A stretch of DNA of 64,000 nt, from positions 71,878-135,877 of the forward strand of contig JACOXD010000006.1 in NCBI GenBank assembly GCA_016176465.1. The letters run 5' to 3'. Made by a program: the position numbers and the translations under genes. This DNA is from Candidatus Daviesbacteria bacterium. GTDB lineage: Bacteria > Patescibacteriota > Microgenomatia > Daviesbacterales > UBA10151. How positions within the stretch are numbered: position 1 is the stretch's first letter; each line of letters starts with the position of its first letter. The notes under the pieces were generated by a model. The model saw nothing but the letters and a program-made list of their open reading frames with translations, ran no database searches and was not told the origin of the DNA. Below are positions 45,832 through 55,629 of this stretch, piece by piece.

Positions 45832-46929
45832 ATGGATTTTTTTCACTCCCATATATCTTCATACTCTATTAAACTTGTTAAAGATACTCTAAAGTCTGGA
45901 TTCATCTCTGAAGGTAAATTAGTAAAAAGGTTTGAGGAAGAACTGGAAAAAAAGCTAGGCTTAATAAACCCTATCGCTTTAAATGGCGCAACTTCTGCAC
46001 TGCATTTAAGTTTAGTTTTAGCCGGTGTTTCGCAGGGCGATGAGGTAATTATTCCTGCCCAGACATTCGTAGCTACGGGCCTGGCGGTTTTAATGCAGCG
46101 GGCTAAACCTATTTTTGCGGATATTTTAATAGATAGCGGAAATATTGATCCCCTATCAATTAAAAAAAAGATAACTAAGAAGACTAAAGCAATTATTGCT
46201 GTTCACTGGGGCGGATATCCTTGTGACTTAAAAGAAATTAATGAGATAGCCAAAAAAAATAACCTAGTAGTTATTGAAGACGGCGCTCATGCTTTGGGAG
46301 CAATGTATAGGGGTAAACCAATCGGATCTATTTCAAGATTCACTATTTTCTCTTTTCAGGCTATTAAACATTTAACCACCGGAGACGGTGGAGCACTCTG
46401 CTGTTTTAATAAAAAAGATGGAGATAATGCAAAAGTACTACGCTGGTTTGGAATAGATCGGGCGAACTCAAAACCTTCTATCCTAGGTGAGAGAAAGTAT
46501 AATATTAACCAACTTGGCTTTAAGTATCATATGAATGATTTAGCTGCCTCACTGGGACTTGGAAACTTAGAAGACTTATCTAAAACTATTAAACGTAGAC
46601 AAGAAATCGCTTTGAGGTATCGATCTTCTCTTAATAGAGTTCCTGGAGTTAAACTTCTAGATTATAAAGATGATCGCCAAAGTTCATTTTGGCTTTTTAC
46701 TATATTAGTTAAAAAGCGCAACAAGTTTATAAAAAAACTACTATCAAAAAATATCCCAAGTTCAGTAGTTCATTTAAGAATCGACCATAATAAAATTTTT
46801 GGCGGATTAACTCCTAATCTTTTTAACCAGGAAAGGTTTAACCAAGAACAAATTTCTATTCCTATCCATGATGCGCTGACAGATCAAGATGTTGAACTAA
46901 TTATTAAAACTATAAAAAGCGGTTGGTAA
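45832..46929 (+). CDS. DegT/DnrJ/EryC1/StrS sugar aminotransferase
   Basis: VHWGG, IEDGAHA and FSFQAIKHLTTGDGG motifs. Confidence 0.95.
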   Translation: MDFFHSHISSYSIKLVKDTLKSGFISEGKLVKRFEEELEKKLGLINPIALNGATSALHLSLVLAGVSQGDEVIIPAQTFVATGLAVLMQRAKPIFADILIDSGNIDPLSIKKKITKKTKAIIAVHWGGYPCDLKEINEIAKKNNLVVIEDGAHALGAMYRGKPIGSISRFTIFSFQAIKHLTTGDGGALCCFNKKDGDNAKVLRWFGIDRANSKPSILGERKYNINQLGFKYHMNDLAASLGLGNLEDLSKTIKRRQEIALRYRSSLNRVPGVKLLDYKDDRQSSFWLFTILVKKRNKFIKKLLSKNIPSSVVHLRIDHNKIFGGLTPNLFNQERFNQEQISIPIHDALTDQDVELIIKTIKSGW

Positions 46930-46943
46930 ATTTAAGTAAACAG

Positions 46944-47834
46944 ATGTCTAAAATTAGAGTCAGAAAAGCCGTTAAATCCGATGTTCCCAACTTAGTAAAA
47001 TTAATGAACGCTCAATATACTCGTAAGAAGAGTAAGAAATATTTTAAGTGGCAATATTTTAATAATGTTCAAAAAACATATTTAAGCGTAGTTGAGGTAG
47101 ATATGACTATTATAGGAATGTTCGGTTTGCAAATAAGGAGATTGACCAATGGGGCTACAGTAGGTCAGGCAATAGACATGTTGATTGCGCCAAATTACAG
47201 AGGTCAGGGTCTTTTTAAATTCCTTGCGGAAACAACTATCGCCTATTCCAAGACTATCGACCTTGTATGTGTTTTAGCGAATTTAGTTGGCAAAAATGCT
47301 TGTGAGAAAAACCTAGGTTGGCTAACATTACACAAAATCGATTCACTAAATTTTAATTTAGACAAACAAGTCTTTGAGCAAAAAAATAAATTGCCAATTG
47401 ATGGAGATATAAGTTTGGTTAGGTTTAAGCATACCAACAAGTACCACCATTGGCGTTTTGAGATAAATCCTGAGTATCGCTATAAAAAGATTGTGACTAA
47501 ATCCTCGGAATATATTTTTGCTAAGGTATTTAAAGATCGTAAAACTGACGTACAGTATGGCGATGTTGTAGATATCGAATTAAAAAGTATAGAATATGAT
47601 AGGATCTCTCAATTAATAAAAATAGCAATAAGGGATTTTAGGTCTCACAGAATACAAGCTGTAACAACTTGGGCACTTCCTCATACCTTACTCTATAAAG
47701 TTTTAATCAACATGGGCTTCCTTAAAGTCGAGCAAGAAAGGTATTTTTGTATCAAAATTTTAAATCACCGATTCGATTATCTTAAAAGTATTAACAATTG
47801 GTACTTAGTTCAAGCAGATGCAGAAATTTACTAA
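46944..47834 (+). CDS. GNAT family N-acyltransferase
   Basis: YFKWQY and PNYRGQGLF acyl-CoA motif. Confidence 0.8.
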   Translation: MSKIRVRKAVKSDVPNLVKLMNAQYTRKKSKKYFKWQYFNNVQKTYLSVVEVDMTIIGMFGLQIRRLTNGATVGQAIDMLIAPNYRGQGLFKFLAETTIAYSKTIDLVCVLANLVGKNACEKNLGWLTLHKIDSLNFNLDKQVFEQKNKLPIDGDISLVRFKHTNKYHHWRFEINPEYRYKKIVTKSSEYIFAKVFKDRKTDVQYGDVVDIELKSIEYDRISQLIKIAIRDFRSHRIQAVTTWALPHTLLYKVLINMGFLKVEQERYFCIKILNHRFDYLKSINNWYLVQADAEIY

Positions 47835-47844
47835 TATAAAATAA

Positions 47845-48606
47845 ATGTCTAAACTGAAGGTGGCTTATTTAGGTGGTAGGATCTTGGGTTTACAAGGATT
47901 AAAAATCCTCTCGGCTTATAAAAATAAGGTAGATGTTTGTTTTGTAATTGCTAATAAAGAAGATGGCGTTAAAGGTTCAGACTGGGATCCTCCTATTTTG
48001 CCCTATGCTAAATCGCTTGGTTTTAAAACAGCTAAATTAAAATCCCTAAATTCTAAAGCTGCAGTAAAGTTATTTAAGAGTAACGCAGTTGATGTTATTT
48101 TTAATCTTTTTTGCAATAGATTGATCCCGCAAGAAATTCTTGATATCCCTAAATTAGGTGCTATTAACTTTCATTATGGCAAGTTACCACAATACAGGGG
48201 CAGATTCATTGTCAGTCATATTGTTTTAAATAACGAGAAAAAAAGTTTTGCCACTGCTCATTACATGAGTGCAAAAGTAGATACCGGAGATATAATCTAT
48301 GAAAGATCAGTTCCAGTACTGGAAGATGACAGTGCTAAAACACTCTATTTCAGATTTACTAACGCAACACTTGAATTATTTAAAAAGATTTTAAATGACC
48401 TAATTGATGGAAAAGTACTTCCTCGCAGAAAACAAAAAGGGTCGGGCCACTATTATCCGTTTAAAGAAATAAACGGATGTGAGATTAATTTAAACTGGAA
48501 GAAAGATAAAGTAGAGCGATTTATCCGTGCGGTAACATTTGAGCCGATCTCCCGACCTTGGATTCGTATTGGTAATCTTAAATTTGATATTATAGCGCAA
48601 GTATGA
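47845..48606 (+). CDS. Sugar N-formyltransferase (Fmt-like)
   Basis: INFHYGKLPQYRG, VDTGDII and RFIRA motifs. Confidence 0.9.
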   Translation: MSKLKVAYLGGRILGLQGLKILSAYKNKVDVCFVIANKEDGVKGSDWDPPILPYAKSLGFKTAKLKSLNSKAAVKLFKSNAVDVIFNLFCNRLIPQEILDIPKLGAINFHYGKLPQYRGRFIVSHIVLNNEKKSFATAHYMSAKVDTGDIIYERSVPVLEDDSAKTLYFRFTNATLELFKKILNDLIDGKVLPRRKQKGSGHYYPFKEINGCEINLNWKKDKVERFIRAVTFEPISRPWIRIGNLKFDIIAQV

Positions 48607-49523
48607 AAATTGCAATTTTGGATAGTGATAGCTTTTTTGGCAAGAACATGCTAAAAATCTTACCCAAAAATTCTTATCAGATTTATCCTCTCTCTAAAGA
48701 AGATAATATTGATTTTTTAAGTTTTAACTCATTAAAAATGGTCTTTAAAAAAATAGCTCCAGATGTAATATTTAATTTTGCCTCTCATCTTGGTGGAATT
48801 CACTACGTCAGCAAATATCAAGCTGATGTAGTTAATGACAATATGCAAATGGTTTTAAGCTTTTATAAGGCAGTCCTAGCCAGTTGCCCAAAAGCAAAAG
48901 TAATCAACCCGATGTCAAACTGCTCTTATCCAGGTGATGCTAATATTCACCAAGAAAGCGACTGGTGGATGGGTGAGGTTCATGAATCTGTTTATGCTTA
49001 TGGGAATGCAAAAAGGATGCAGTATGTAGTTTCTTGCTGTTATAAAAAGCAATATGGAATAAAAAGTCTCAATTTTTTGGTACCTAATTATTTTGGTCCA
49101 GGTGATGAGACTGATCCAACTAAGGTACATGCCCTTCCTGGGATGATTATTAGGATGATAAAAGCACACAGGGAAAAAGCTTCTACATTTGAAATATGGG
49201 GCACTGGCAAACCAATTAGGGAATGGGGTTATATTGATGATTTAATCAATATTTTAATAAAAGGTATTACACTTAAAGAAGATCTAACTTACCCTGTTAA
49301 TATTGCTCAGAATAAAGGATATTCTATTAGAGAATCTGCAAAATTAATTGCAAAAGCGATAGGCTATAAAGGTAAGCTAACTTTCAACACCAATTATCCT
49401 GATGGAGCAGCCATAAAAGTTCTGGATAATCGAAAATTTAAAAGCCTATTTCCTAATTTTAAATTCACCGATCATAAAAAAGCTATTCAAGAAACCGTTA
49501 AGTATTATCTTTCAATTTTGTAA
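48603..49523 (+). CDS. GDP-L-fucose synthase-like epimerase/reductase
   Basis: GGI, CSYP, YGNAK and IWGTGKPIREW motifs; glycine-rich loop degenerate. Confidence 0.8.
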   Translation: MKIAILDSDSFFGKNMLKILPKNSYQIYPLSKEDNIDFLSFNSLKMVFKKIAPDVIFNFASHLGGIHYVSKYQADVVNDNMQMVLSFYKAVLASCPKAKVINPMSNCSYPGDANIHQESDWWMGEVHESVYAYGNAKRMQYVVSCCYKKQYGIKSLNFLVPNYFGPGDETDPTKVHALPGMIIRMIKAHREKASTFEIWGTGKPIREWGYIDDLINILIKGITLKEDLTYPVNIAQNKGYSIRESAKLIAKAIGYKGKLTFNTNYPDGAAIKVLDNRKFKSLFPNFKFTDHKKAIQETVKYYLSIL

Positions 49524-50359
49524 TGATGAAAAGGATTTCCTTTTTATTGGCTACCAAAAATAGAGCCAAATTTCTGGAAAAAGCGCTTAAAAATCATCAA
49601 AAACTCCTTAAGGAAAATGATGAATTGATACTAATTGATGGCGGATCATCAGATGACACAATCAAAGTGGCTAAAAAGTTTTCAAAAATAATTAGTGTTT
49701 TTATTTCAGAAGCGGATATTAGTGAGGGACACGCCTTTAATAAAGGTATTCTACTATCCAGTGGGAAATATATCAAAATCCTCTCTGATGATGATATATT
49801 CTTCTCTCAAGCAATAGAAAATGCCTACACCATAATGGAAAAAAATCCAGATATTGATGTTTTACTTTGCGGAGGAGTCAAATTAAGAGGGAAAGATTTA
49901 TCTTTTGCTTACGCCCCTCCCGGAGTGGACTATGGAAAAAAGGTTTCAGATGTTTTTAAGTATGGGGGGTGTGGGTTAGGGCTTTTAATTAGAAAAAAAT
50001 CTTTTGCGCTAACAGGTTTATTTAATCCGTACTCTTTTTCTTTAGATAACGATTATATTACTCAGGCTATTAATAGCGGTGCTAATGTAAAATTCTGTCG
50101 AATCAAGATGTTCCATCACTTCCTGGAAGACCATAGCGGTTCTATTAAACAGGGTGAAAGATTAAGGAAAGATATCGCTAGGATTAAGAATCGCTACAAC
50201 TATTCAGATGAAAACTTTTTTTTGAATTTAAGAGTGAGTTTCTCTCAAATTCTCTTTCCTTTACTTCCTAAAAATATCCAAACTGCCTATAAAAAAATAT
50301 TTAAACTAACAAAAAGCAAACCAAAAATCAAACCCATTTGGGATGGAGGTTTTAGCTAA
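49523..50359 (+). CDS. Glycosyltransferase family 2
   Basis: IDGGSSD, AFNKG and SDDD motifs. Confidence 0.88.
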   Translation: MMKRISFLLATKNRAKFLEKALKNHQKLLKENDELILIDGGSSDDTIKVAKKFSKIISVFISEADISEGHAFNKGILLSSGKYIKILSDDDIFFSQAIENAYTIMEKNPDIDVLLCGGVKLRGKDLSFAYAPPGVDYGKKVSDVFKYGGCGLGLLIRKKSFALTGLFNPYSFSLDNDYITQAINSGANVKFCRIKMFHHFLEDHSGSIKQGERLRKDIARIKNRYNYSDENFFLNLRVSFSQILFPLLPKNIQTAYKKIFKLTKSKPKIKPIWDGGFS

Positions 50360-50366
50360 TCTTATT

Positions 50367-51344
50367 ATGTCAAAGAAAGTTCTAATCACTGGGGCAGGAG
50401 GATTTATTGGTTCACACCTGGTAGAAAGGTGTGTACAATTAGGATTCAAAGTTAAAGCTTTTGTTCATTATAACTCTGCTAATCGATGGGGCTGGTTAGA
50501 TAATTCTATACATAAAAAAGAGGTTGAAGTTGTTTCTGGGGATATTCGAGATTTTGACTCAATATATAACTGCCTAAAAAATTGCGACACGGTATTTCAC
50601 CTAGCAGCTCTAACAGGGATTCCCTATTCCTATATCTCACCTCTAGCTTATATCAAAACTAATGTTGAAGGAACTTATAATATTTTAGAGGCTTCCAGAT
50701 TAAGAGATGTTAAAAATATAGTGATAACTTCCACAAGCGAGGTTTATGGGAGCGCGGTGTATACTCCAATTGATGAAAACCATCGACTTTTTGGTCAATC
50801 TCCCTATTCTGCTTCCAAAATTGCTGCTGATCAATTAGCTTTAAGTTATTATTTATCTTTTGGCTTACCAGTAAAAATTGCTAGACCTTTTAACAGTTAT
50901 GGACCAAGGCAGTCGGCCCGCTCAATCATTCCAGCAGTCCTAACTCAAATTCTTTCTGGTGCAAAAAAAATAAGGGTTGGAAATCTTAATACCGCTAGGG
51001 ATTTTACTTATGTTAGTGATACCGTAGAAGGTATAGTGGAAATTAGCAAGTCAAGTCAGTTATTTGGTGAGGTCACTAATATAGGTTCTAATAGTAGCCT
51101 CAAGATGGTTGATTTGGTGAAACTGTTAAGTGATTTAATCGGGATCAAAGTTAAAACAGTAGCAGATCCATCTCGTATCAGACCAGATAAAAGCGAAGTT
51201 GAGAATCTGCTTTGTAATAATTCTAAACTAATCAGACATACCAGCTGGAAGCCAAAGCTTAACTTAGAAGAAGGACTCACAGAAACAATTAAATGGTTTA
51301 AGGAAAATCATCATTTATACAAAGATGAAATTTACAATATTTAG
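50367..51344 (+). CDS. NDP-sugar 4,6-dehydratase (LegB-like)
   Basis: TGAGGFIG, FVHYNS...GWLD, IPYSY, QSPYSASK and RIRPDKSEV motifs. Confidence 0.88.
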   Translation: MSKKVLITGAGGFIGSHLVERCVQLGFKVKAFVHYNSANRWGWLDNSIHKKEVEVVSGDIRDFDSIYNCLKNCDTVFHLAALTGIPYSYISPLAYIKTNVEGTYNILEASRLRDVKNIVITSTSEVYGSAVYTPIDENHRLFGQSPYSASKIAADQLALSYYLSFGLPVKIARPFNSYGPRQSARSIIPAVLTQILSGAKKIRVGNLNTARDFTYVSDTVEGIVEISKSSQLFGEVTNIGSNSSLKMVDLVKLLSDLIGIKVKTVADPSRIRPDKSEVENLLCNNSKLIRHTSWKPKLNLEEGLTETIKWFKENHHLYKDEIYNI

Positions 51345-52058
51345 ATGAAAGCTGTTATTTTAGCTGGAGGGTTAGGTTCAAGACTTGCTCCTTTTACTCA
51401 AATAATTCCCAAACCCCTACTTCCTATTGGAGAAAGTTCGGTGTTAGAAATTCAAATCTTAAGTTTAAAAAAACACGGCTTTGATGAAGTCTTTATAGCT
51501 ACTAATTATTTAGCTAAATATGTAAAAGCATTCTTGGGCAAAGGAAAAAAATATGGAATCAAAATTAGCTTTAGTCAAGAGAAAAAACCTCTAGGAACTT
51601 GTGGTCCCATAACACTTTTAAAAAGTAAGCTAACTGAACCTTTTTTTCTATTAAACGGAGATATCCTGACTACTTTAAATTTTAGGAAAGCCTATGATTT
51701 TGCTTTAAAAAATGAAGCAAATTTAGTTGTTGTTACAAAAGAGATTCCTGCCCCATTTGATTTTGGAAACGTAAAATCAAGAGGAGATTATTTAATTGAT
51801 GTTGAAGAAAAACCAAATTTTAAGTTAGAAATACTGGCTGGGATGTATATTATGAAACCAGCTATTTTTGACCTTATTCCTAAAAATACCTACTACGGCA
51901 TTGATATGCTCATTAAAAAGATGGTCTCTAAAAAAATGAAAGTGGGAAGATATTTAATGAAAGAATATTGGCTTGATATAGGTAAAGCTTCCGATTATAC
52001 AATCGCTCAAGAGCAGTACCATAAGAGGTTTAGTAAATTAAAAGATGGCAAAAAATGA
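51345..52058 (+). CDS. Sugar-1-phosphate nucleotidyltransferase
   Basis: ILAGGLGSRL, PKPLLP, NGD, EEKP and WLDIG motifs. Confidence 0.93.
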   Translation: MKAVILAGGLGSRLAPFTQIIPKPLLPIGESSVLEIQILSLKKHGFDEVFIATNYLAKYVKAFLGKGKKYGIKISFSQEKKPLGTCGPITLLKSKLTEPFFLLNGDILTTLNFRKAYDFALKNEANLVVVTKEIPAPFDFGNVKSRGDYLIDVEEKPNFKLEILAGMYIMKPAIFDLIPKNTYYGIDMLIKKMVSKKMKVGRYLMKEYWLDIGKASDYTIAQEQYHKRFSKLKDGKK

Positions 52059-52956
52059 TAGGGTTTTAATACTTGGTGGAGCAGGATTTATTGGATCTAA
52101 TATCGCTAAAAAGTTTGTTTCTCAAAATTACAAAGTAACTATAATAGATGGATTCTTACCTCAGACAGGAGCGAATCTAAAAAATCTTCGAAGTATTCTA
52201 AATAAAGTTAAGCTTATTAGGAAAAAGGTTGAGAAGATAGATAATCTAGAAAAGCAAGTGGCAGACAATAATTTGATCATTGACTCTATGGGATGGACAC
52301 GACATATATCCGGCATGGAAAATCCACTTTATGATTTAGAGCTTAACTTACTCTCCCATATAAGCTTAATTAACGCTCTTAGAAAACTGCCAGGAGTAAA
52401 GGTTATATATCTAGGCTCTGAGGGCCAGTATGAACCTTTTGATGTGCAAGGAATTAATAAGCAAGCTGCAGAGACCTATTTTAAAAGTTTCTCAAAGATA
52501 TATGGATTTAGTACTCTTTCACTTCGTATCTCCCATTGTTTTGGGCAAAATCAACCAACTAAGGATACTGATATAGGTTTAGTGGGTTTATTTATTAGAA
52601 ATCTACTCACACATAGATTAATCAGGGTATTTGATAAAGGAAGGAAACGTAACTTTATTTATGTTGAAGACCTTACGGAAATAATCTTTTTACTGTCAAA
52701 GAGAGAATTTAGTGGCTTTTCTTCTCTAGATGTAAACGCTTATAGTATAGTCCTGGAGGAGTTGGCGCAAAAATTGATTAGGATTGTGGGCTTTGGCGAG
52801 TATAAGAAAGAAGTATTACCTAAAAACCTCGTAGTTAATGATAATTATCATAGCTTAGATACAGTAGAGTTAAAAAAAATGATTGGTCAATTTCCTAAAC
52901 ACCAATTTGACAAGGCTCTTATTGCAACTGTTAATTACTTTAAGGAAAACCTATGA
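52045..52956 (+). CDS. NAD-dependent epimerase/dehydratase
   Basis: GGAGFIG, QGINK and RNFIYVED motifs. Confidence 0.85.
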   Translation: MAKNDRVLILGGAGFIGSNIAKKFVSQNYKVTIIDGFLPQTGANLKNLRSILNKVKLIRKKVEKIDNLEKQVADNNLIIDSMGWTRHISGMENPLYDLELNLLSHISLINALRKLPGVKVIYLGSEGQYEPFDVQGINKQAAETYFKSFSKIYGFSTLSLRISHCFGQNQPTKDTDIGLVGLFIRNLLTHRLIRVFDKGRKRNFIYVEDLTEIIFLLSKREFSGFSSLDVNAYSIVLEELAQKLIRIVGFGEYKKEVLPKNLVVNDNYHSLDTVELKKMIGQFPKHQFDKALIATVNYFKENL

Positions 52957-54047
52957 TTTTACGCGCAGACATTCTGGCTCAATATAAAACTCACAAAAAA
53001 GAAATAAATTCCGCTATACAAAAGGTTTTAAATTCTGGGTATTATATCCTGGGTAAAGAGGTGGAAGGATTTGAAAAGGAATTTGCAAGATATTTAAAAG
53101 TAAAATTTGGGGTTGGAGTAGCATCAGGCACGGATGGATTAATTCTTTCCCTTAAAACTTTAGGTATAGGCGTGGGAGATGAAGTAATCACTAGTGTTTA
53201 TAATACTTTTGCCACTTCATCAGCTATTATTGCTGCTGGAGCAATCCCAAAATTTGTTGATATAGATTACCAAACATTTTTGCTTGATATAAAAAAGATC
53301 CCTTTAGCAATTACAAAAAAAACTAAGGCAATTATTCCTATTCACCTATTTGGAAATGTGGTTGATATCCCTGCTTTAATAAAAATTCTTTCTAAACAAA
53401 TTCCAATTATAGAAGATGCTTGTCAGGCTCATGGAAGCAAAATCAGTGATCAATTTGCCGGATCGATTGCTCAAATTGGGGTTTTTAGTTTTTACCCTAC
53501 CAAAAACTTAGGAGGCTATGGGGATGGAGGCATGGTAGTTACTGATAATAAAAAAATTGAAAAAAGATTAAAACTACTTAGAAACTATGGCATGATAGAT
53601 AAAGATCATATAATCCAACCTGGAGTAAATAGCCTGTTGGATGAGCTACAAGCAGCAATTTTGCAAATAAAGCTTAAATATTTAGAATATGGTAATCAAA
53701 AAAGGCAGGAGATTGTAAAACAATATAAAGCTAAATTAAGATCTGATCTATTTGAATTTCAATTAATTCCTAAAAATGTTTACTGCAACTTTCATATTTT
53801 TGCTGCCAGGTTTAAGAAAAATAGAGCCAAGTTTATTAGTTATCTAACTGAGAAAAAAATTCAAACAAATATTTATTATCCCCTGCCTCTTCATTTACAG
53901 AAAGCATTTCAGTTTTTAGGGTATAAAAAAGACGATTTTCCAATCGCTGAAAGGTTAGCAAAAGAAGCTATTGCTTTACCAATTTACCCGCAGCTTCTAA
54001 AGGAAAATCTTGACTATATAATTTCAACTATTAACTTCTTTAAATGA
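52953..54047 (+). CDS. DegT family sugar aminotransferase
   Basis: IEDACQAHG, FSFYPTKNLGGYGDGG and LDELQAA motifs. Confidence 0.95.
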   Translation: MILRADILAQYKTHKKEINSAIQKVLNSGYYILGKEVEGFEKEFARYLKVKFGVGVASGTDGLILSLKTLGIGVGDEVITSVYNTFATSSAIIAAGAIPKFVDIDYQTFLLDIKKIPLAITKKTKAIIPIHLFGNVVDIPALIKILSKQIPIIEDACQAHGSKISDQFAGSIAQIGVFSFYPTKNLGGYGDGGMVVTDNKKIEKRLKLLRNYGMIDKDHIIQPGVNSLLDELQAAILQIKLKYLEYGNQKRQEIVKQYKAKLRSDLFEFQLIPKNVYCNFHIFAARFKKNRAKFISYLTEKKIQTNIYYPLPLHLQKAFQFLGYKKDDFPIAERLAKEAIALPIYPQLLKENLDYIISTINFFK

Positions 54048-54964
54048 GAATAATCTTAGCTGGTAAACATGAGCTATCTTGCACTCTGTTTGAAATCCTA
54101 AAGAAATCTTTTTCAAAAAACACCCTGGGGTTTATAACCTCTAAATCTGAGGATCAAAAGAGACGTAAATCCCTAAAGCGGTTATTATCTAAACATAAGA
54201 TTTTAGCCTTAAATAAAGATTTTTCGGATCAAGAGCTCAAAAAAGTTATCTTGATATTTAAACCTGATCTAGTTATCTCTGCTGGGTTTGACAAGATTTT
54301 AAAGAGGGATTTAATAAAAAAAATTCCTCTTGCTATTAATATCCACTTCGGGCTATTACCAAAATATAGAGGTTCTTTCTCTATCCCTTGGGCAATCATT
54401 AATGAGGAAAAATATATTGGTATCACAATTCATAAAATTGTTCCCGGAATTGATAGTGGTGAAATAATCTTACAGTCTAAAATTAAAAACGATCCAAATC
54501 TTTCATGTAAACAGATCTATTTTGATGCTGTTAAATATGCTTCATTGCTTACCAAAAAAGTCTTGGACTCAGTTCAAAGAGGCAAGAAATTAATCACTAC
54601 AAGACAAGATACAAAGAAGGCTACTTTTTTCCCCTTTAAAAAGCCTTATGATTTTCAAATAGATTGGAGCAGTCGTGCAAAGTTTGTCTTTAATTTAATA
54701 AGGGCAGCTTTTTTCCCTCCTTATGATCCAGCCTATTCAATCTTACAGGGCAGAAAAATATTTTTTTACTTTCCCATAAATTTAAAAAAAGTTAAACTTA
54801 AATTTTCTCCTGGGGAAATTATTTATTATCAAAAAAATTACTACATAGCTTGTCAAGATGGATTAATTAAGCCACAAAAAGTTAGGGTAGCGGCCAGAGT
54901 TTATAACTTTAATCAATATGTTAAGCTAGAGAAATTAGAATGTCACCCAGCTCAATCTCTGTAG
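54044..54964 (+). CDS. Formyltransferase (Fmt/ArnA-like)
   Basis: INIHFGLLPKYRG, IDSG, IDW and LIRA motifs. Confidence 0.9.
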   Translation: MRIILAGKHELSCTLFEILKKSFSKNTLGFITSKSEDQKRRKSLKRLLSKHKILALNKDFSDQELKKVILIFKPDLVISAGFDKILKRDLIKKIPLAINIHFGLLPKYRGSFSIPWAIINEEKYIGITIHKIVPGIDSGEIILQSKIKNDPNLSCKQIYFDAVKYASLLTKKVLDSVQRGKKLITTRQDTKKATFFPFKKPYDFQIDWSSRAKFVFNLIRAAFFPPYDPAYSILQGRKIFFYFPINLKKVKLKFSPGEIIYYQKNYYIACQDGLIKPQKVRVAARVYNFNQYVKLEKLECHPAQSL

Positions 54965-55629
54965 TTATCCCTATTTATAACGAAGCCAAATTAATAAACA
55001 AATCAATCCCTCTAATAAACTTTTTCTTGAAAAAAAACTTTAAAGACTATGAAATTATTATTATTGAAAGTGGTAGCACTGATAACTCCTACCAACTATC
55101 TGAGAAACTCACAAAAAAGTATCCAAAGATTAAACTTATTTCTCAAAAACGCCGTGAGGGCTTTGGGTCTGCTCTTAGATTAGGTTTTCAAAAGGTAAAT
55201 AAAAAGTTAGTCTGGCCTTTAGTAATTGATCTTCCTTACCCTTTAGAGTCGATACTTAAGGCTCTTCCCTATTTTGATAGCTACGATTGTATTTTAAGCT
55301 ATAGATCATCTGATAACCGAAGCTTTTCTAGAAAGCTGAAATCTACTATTTATAACTTTTTAGCTAAAATAATCCTAAATTTGCCAATGAAGCATATTAA
55401 TTCTGCTTTTAAGGTTTATAAAAAATCAGCTTTGGATAAGATGAAACTAACTTCTAGCGGATGGTTAATTGATTCCGAGATACTTTATCAGATAAAAAAA
55501 CAAAAGATATCTTATATTGAAATACCAATAGGGTTAAAGAAAAGAACAATGGGTAAATCCTCTATTAATCTAGCTACTCCAATTCAGTTAATATTTGATT
55601 TAATTTCTTTCCGCTTAAAACAAAAATGA
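54940..55629 (+). CDS. GT2, polyprenyl-phosphate (DPM-like) glycosyltransferase
   Basis: VVIPIYNE, GFGSALRLG, AFKVY and DSEIL motifs. Confidence 0.85.
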   Translation: MSPSSISVVIPIYNEAKLINKSIPLINFFLKKNFKDYEIIIIESGSTDNSYQLSEKLTKKYPKIKLISQKRREGFGSALRLGFQKVNKKLVWPLVIDLPYPLESILKALPYFDSYDCILSYRSSDNRSFSRKLKSTIYNFLAKIILNLPMKHINSAFKVYKKSALDKMKLTSSGWLIDSEILYQIKKQKISYIEIPIGLKKRTMGKSSINLATPIQLIFDLISFRLKQK

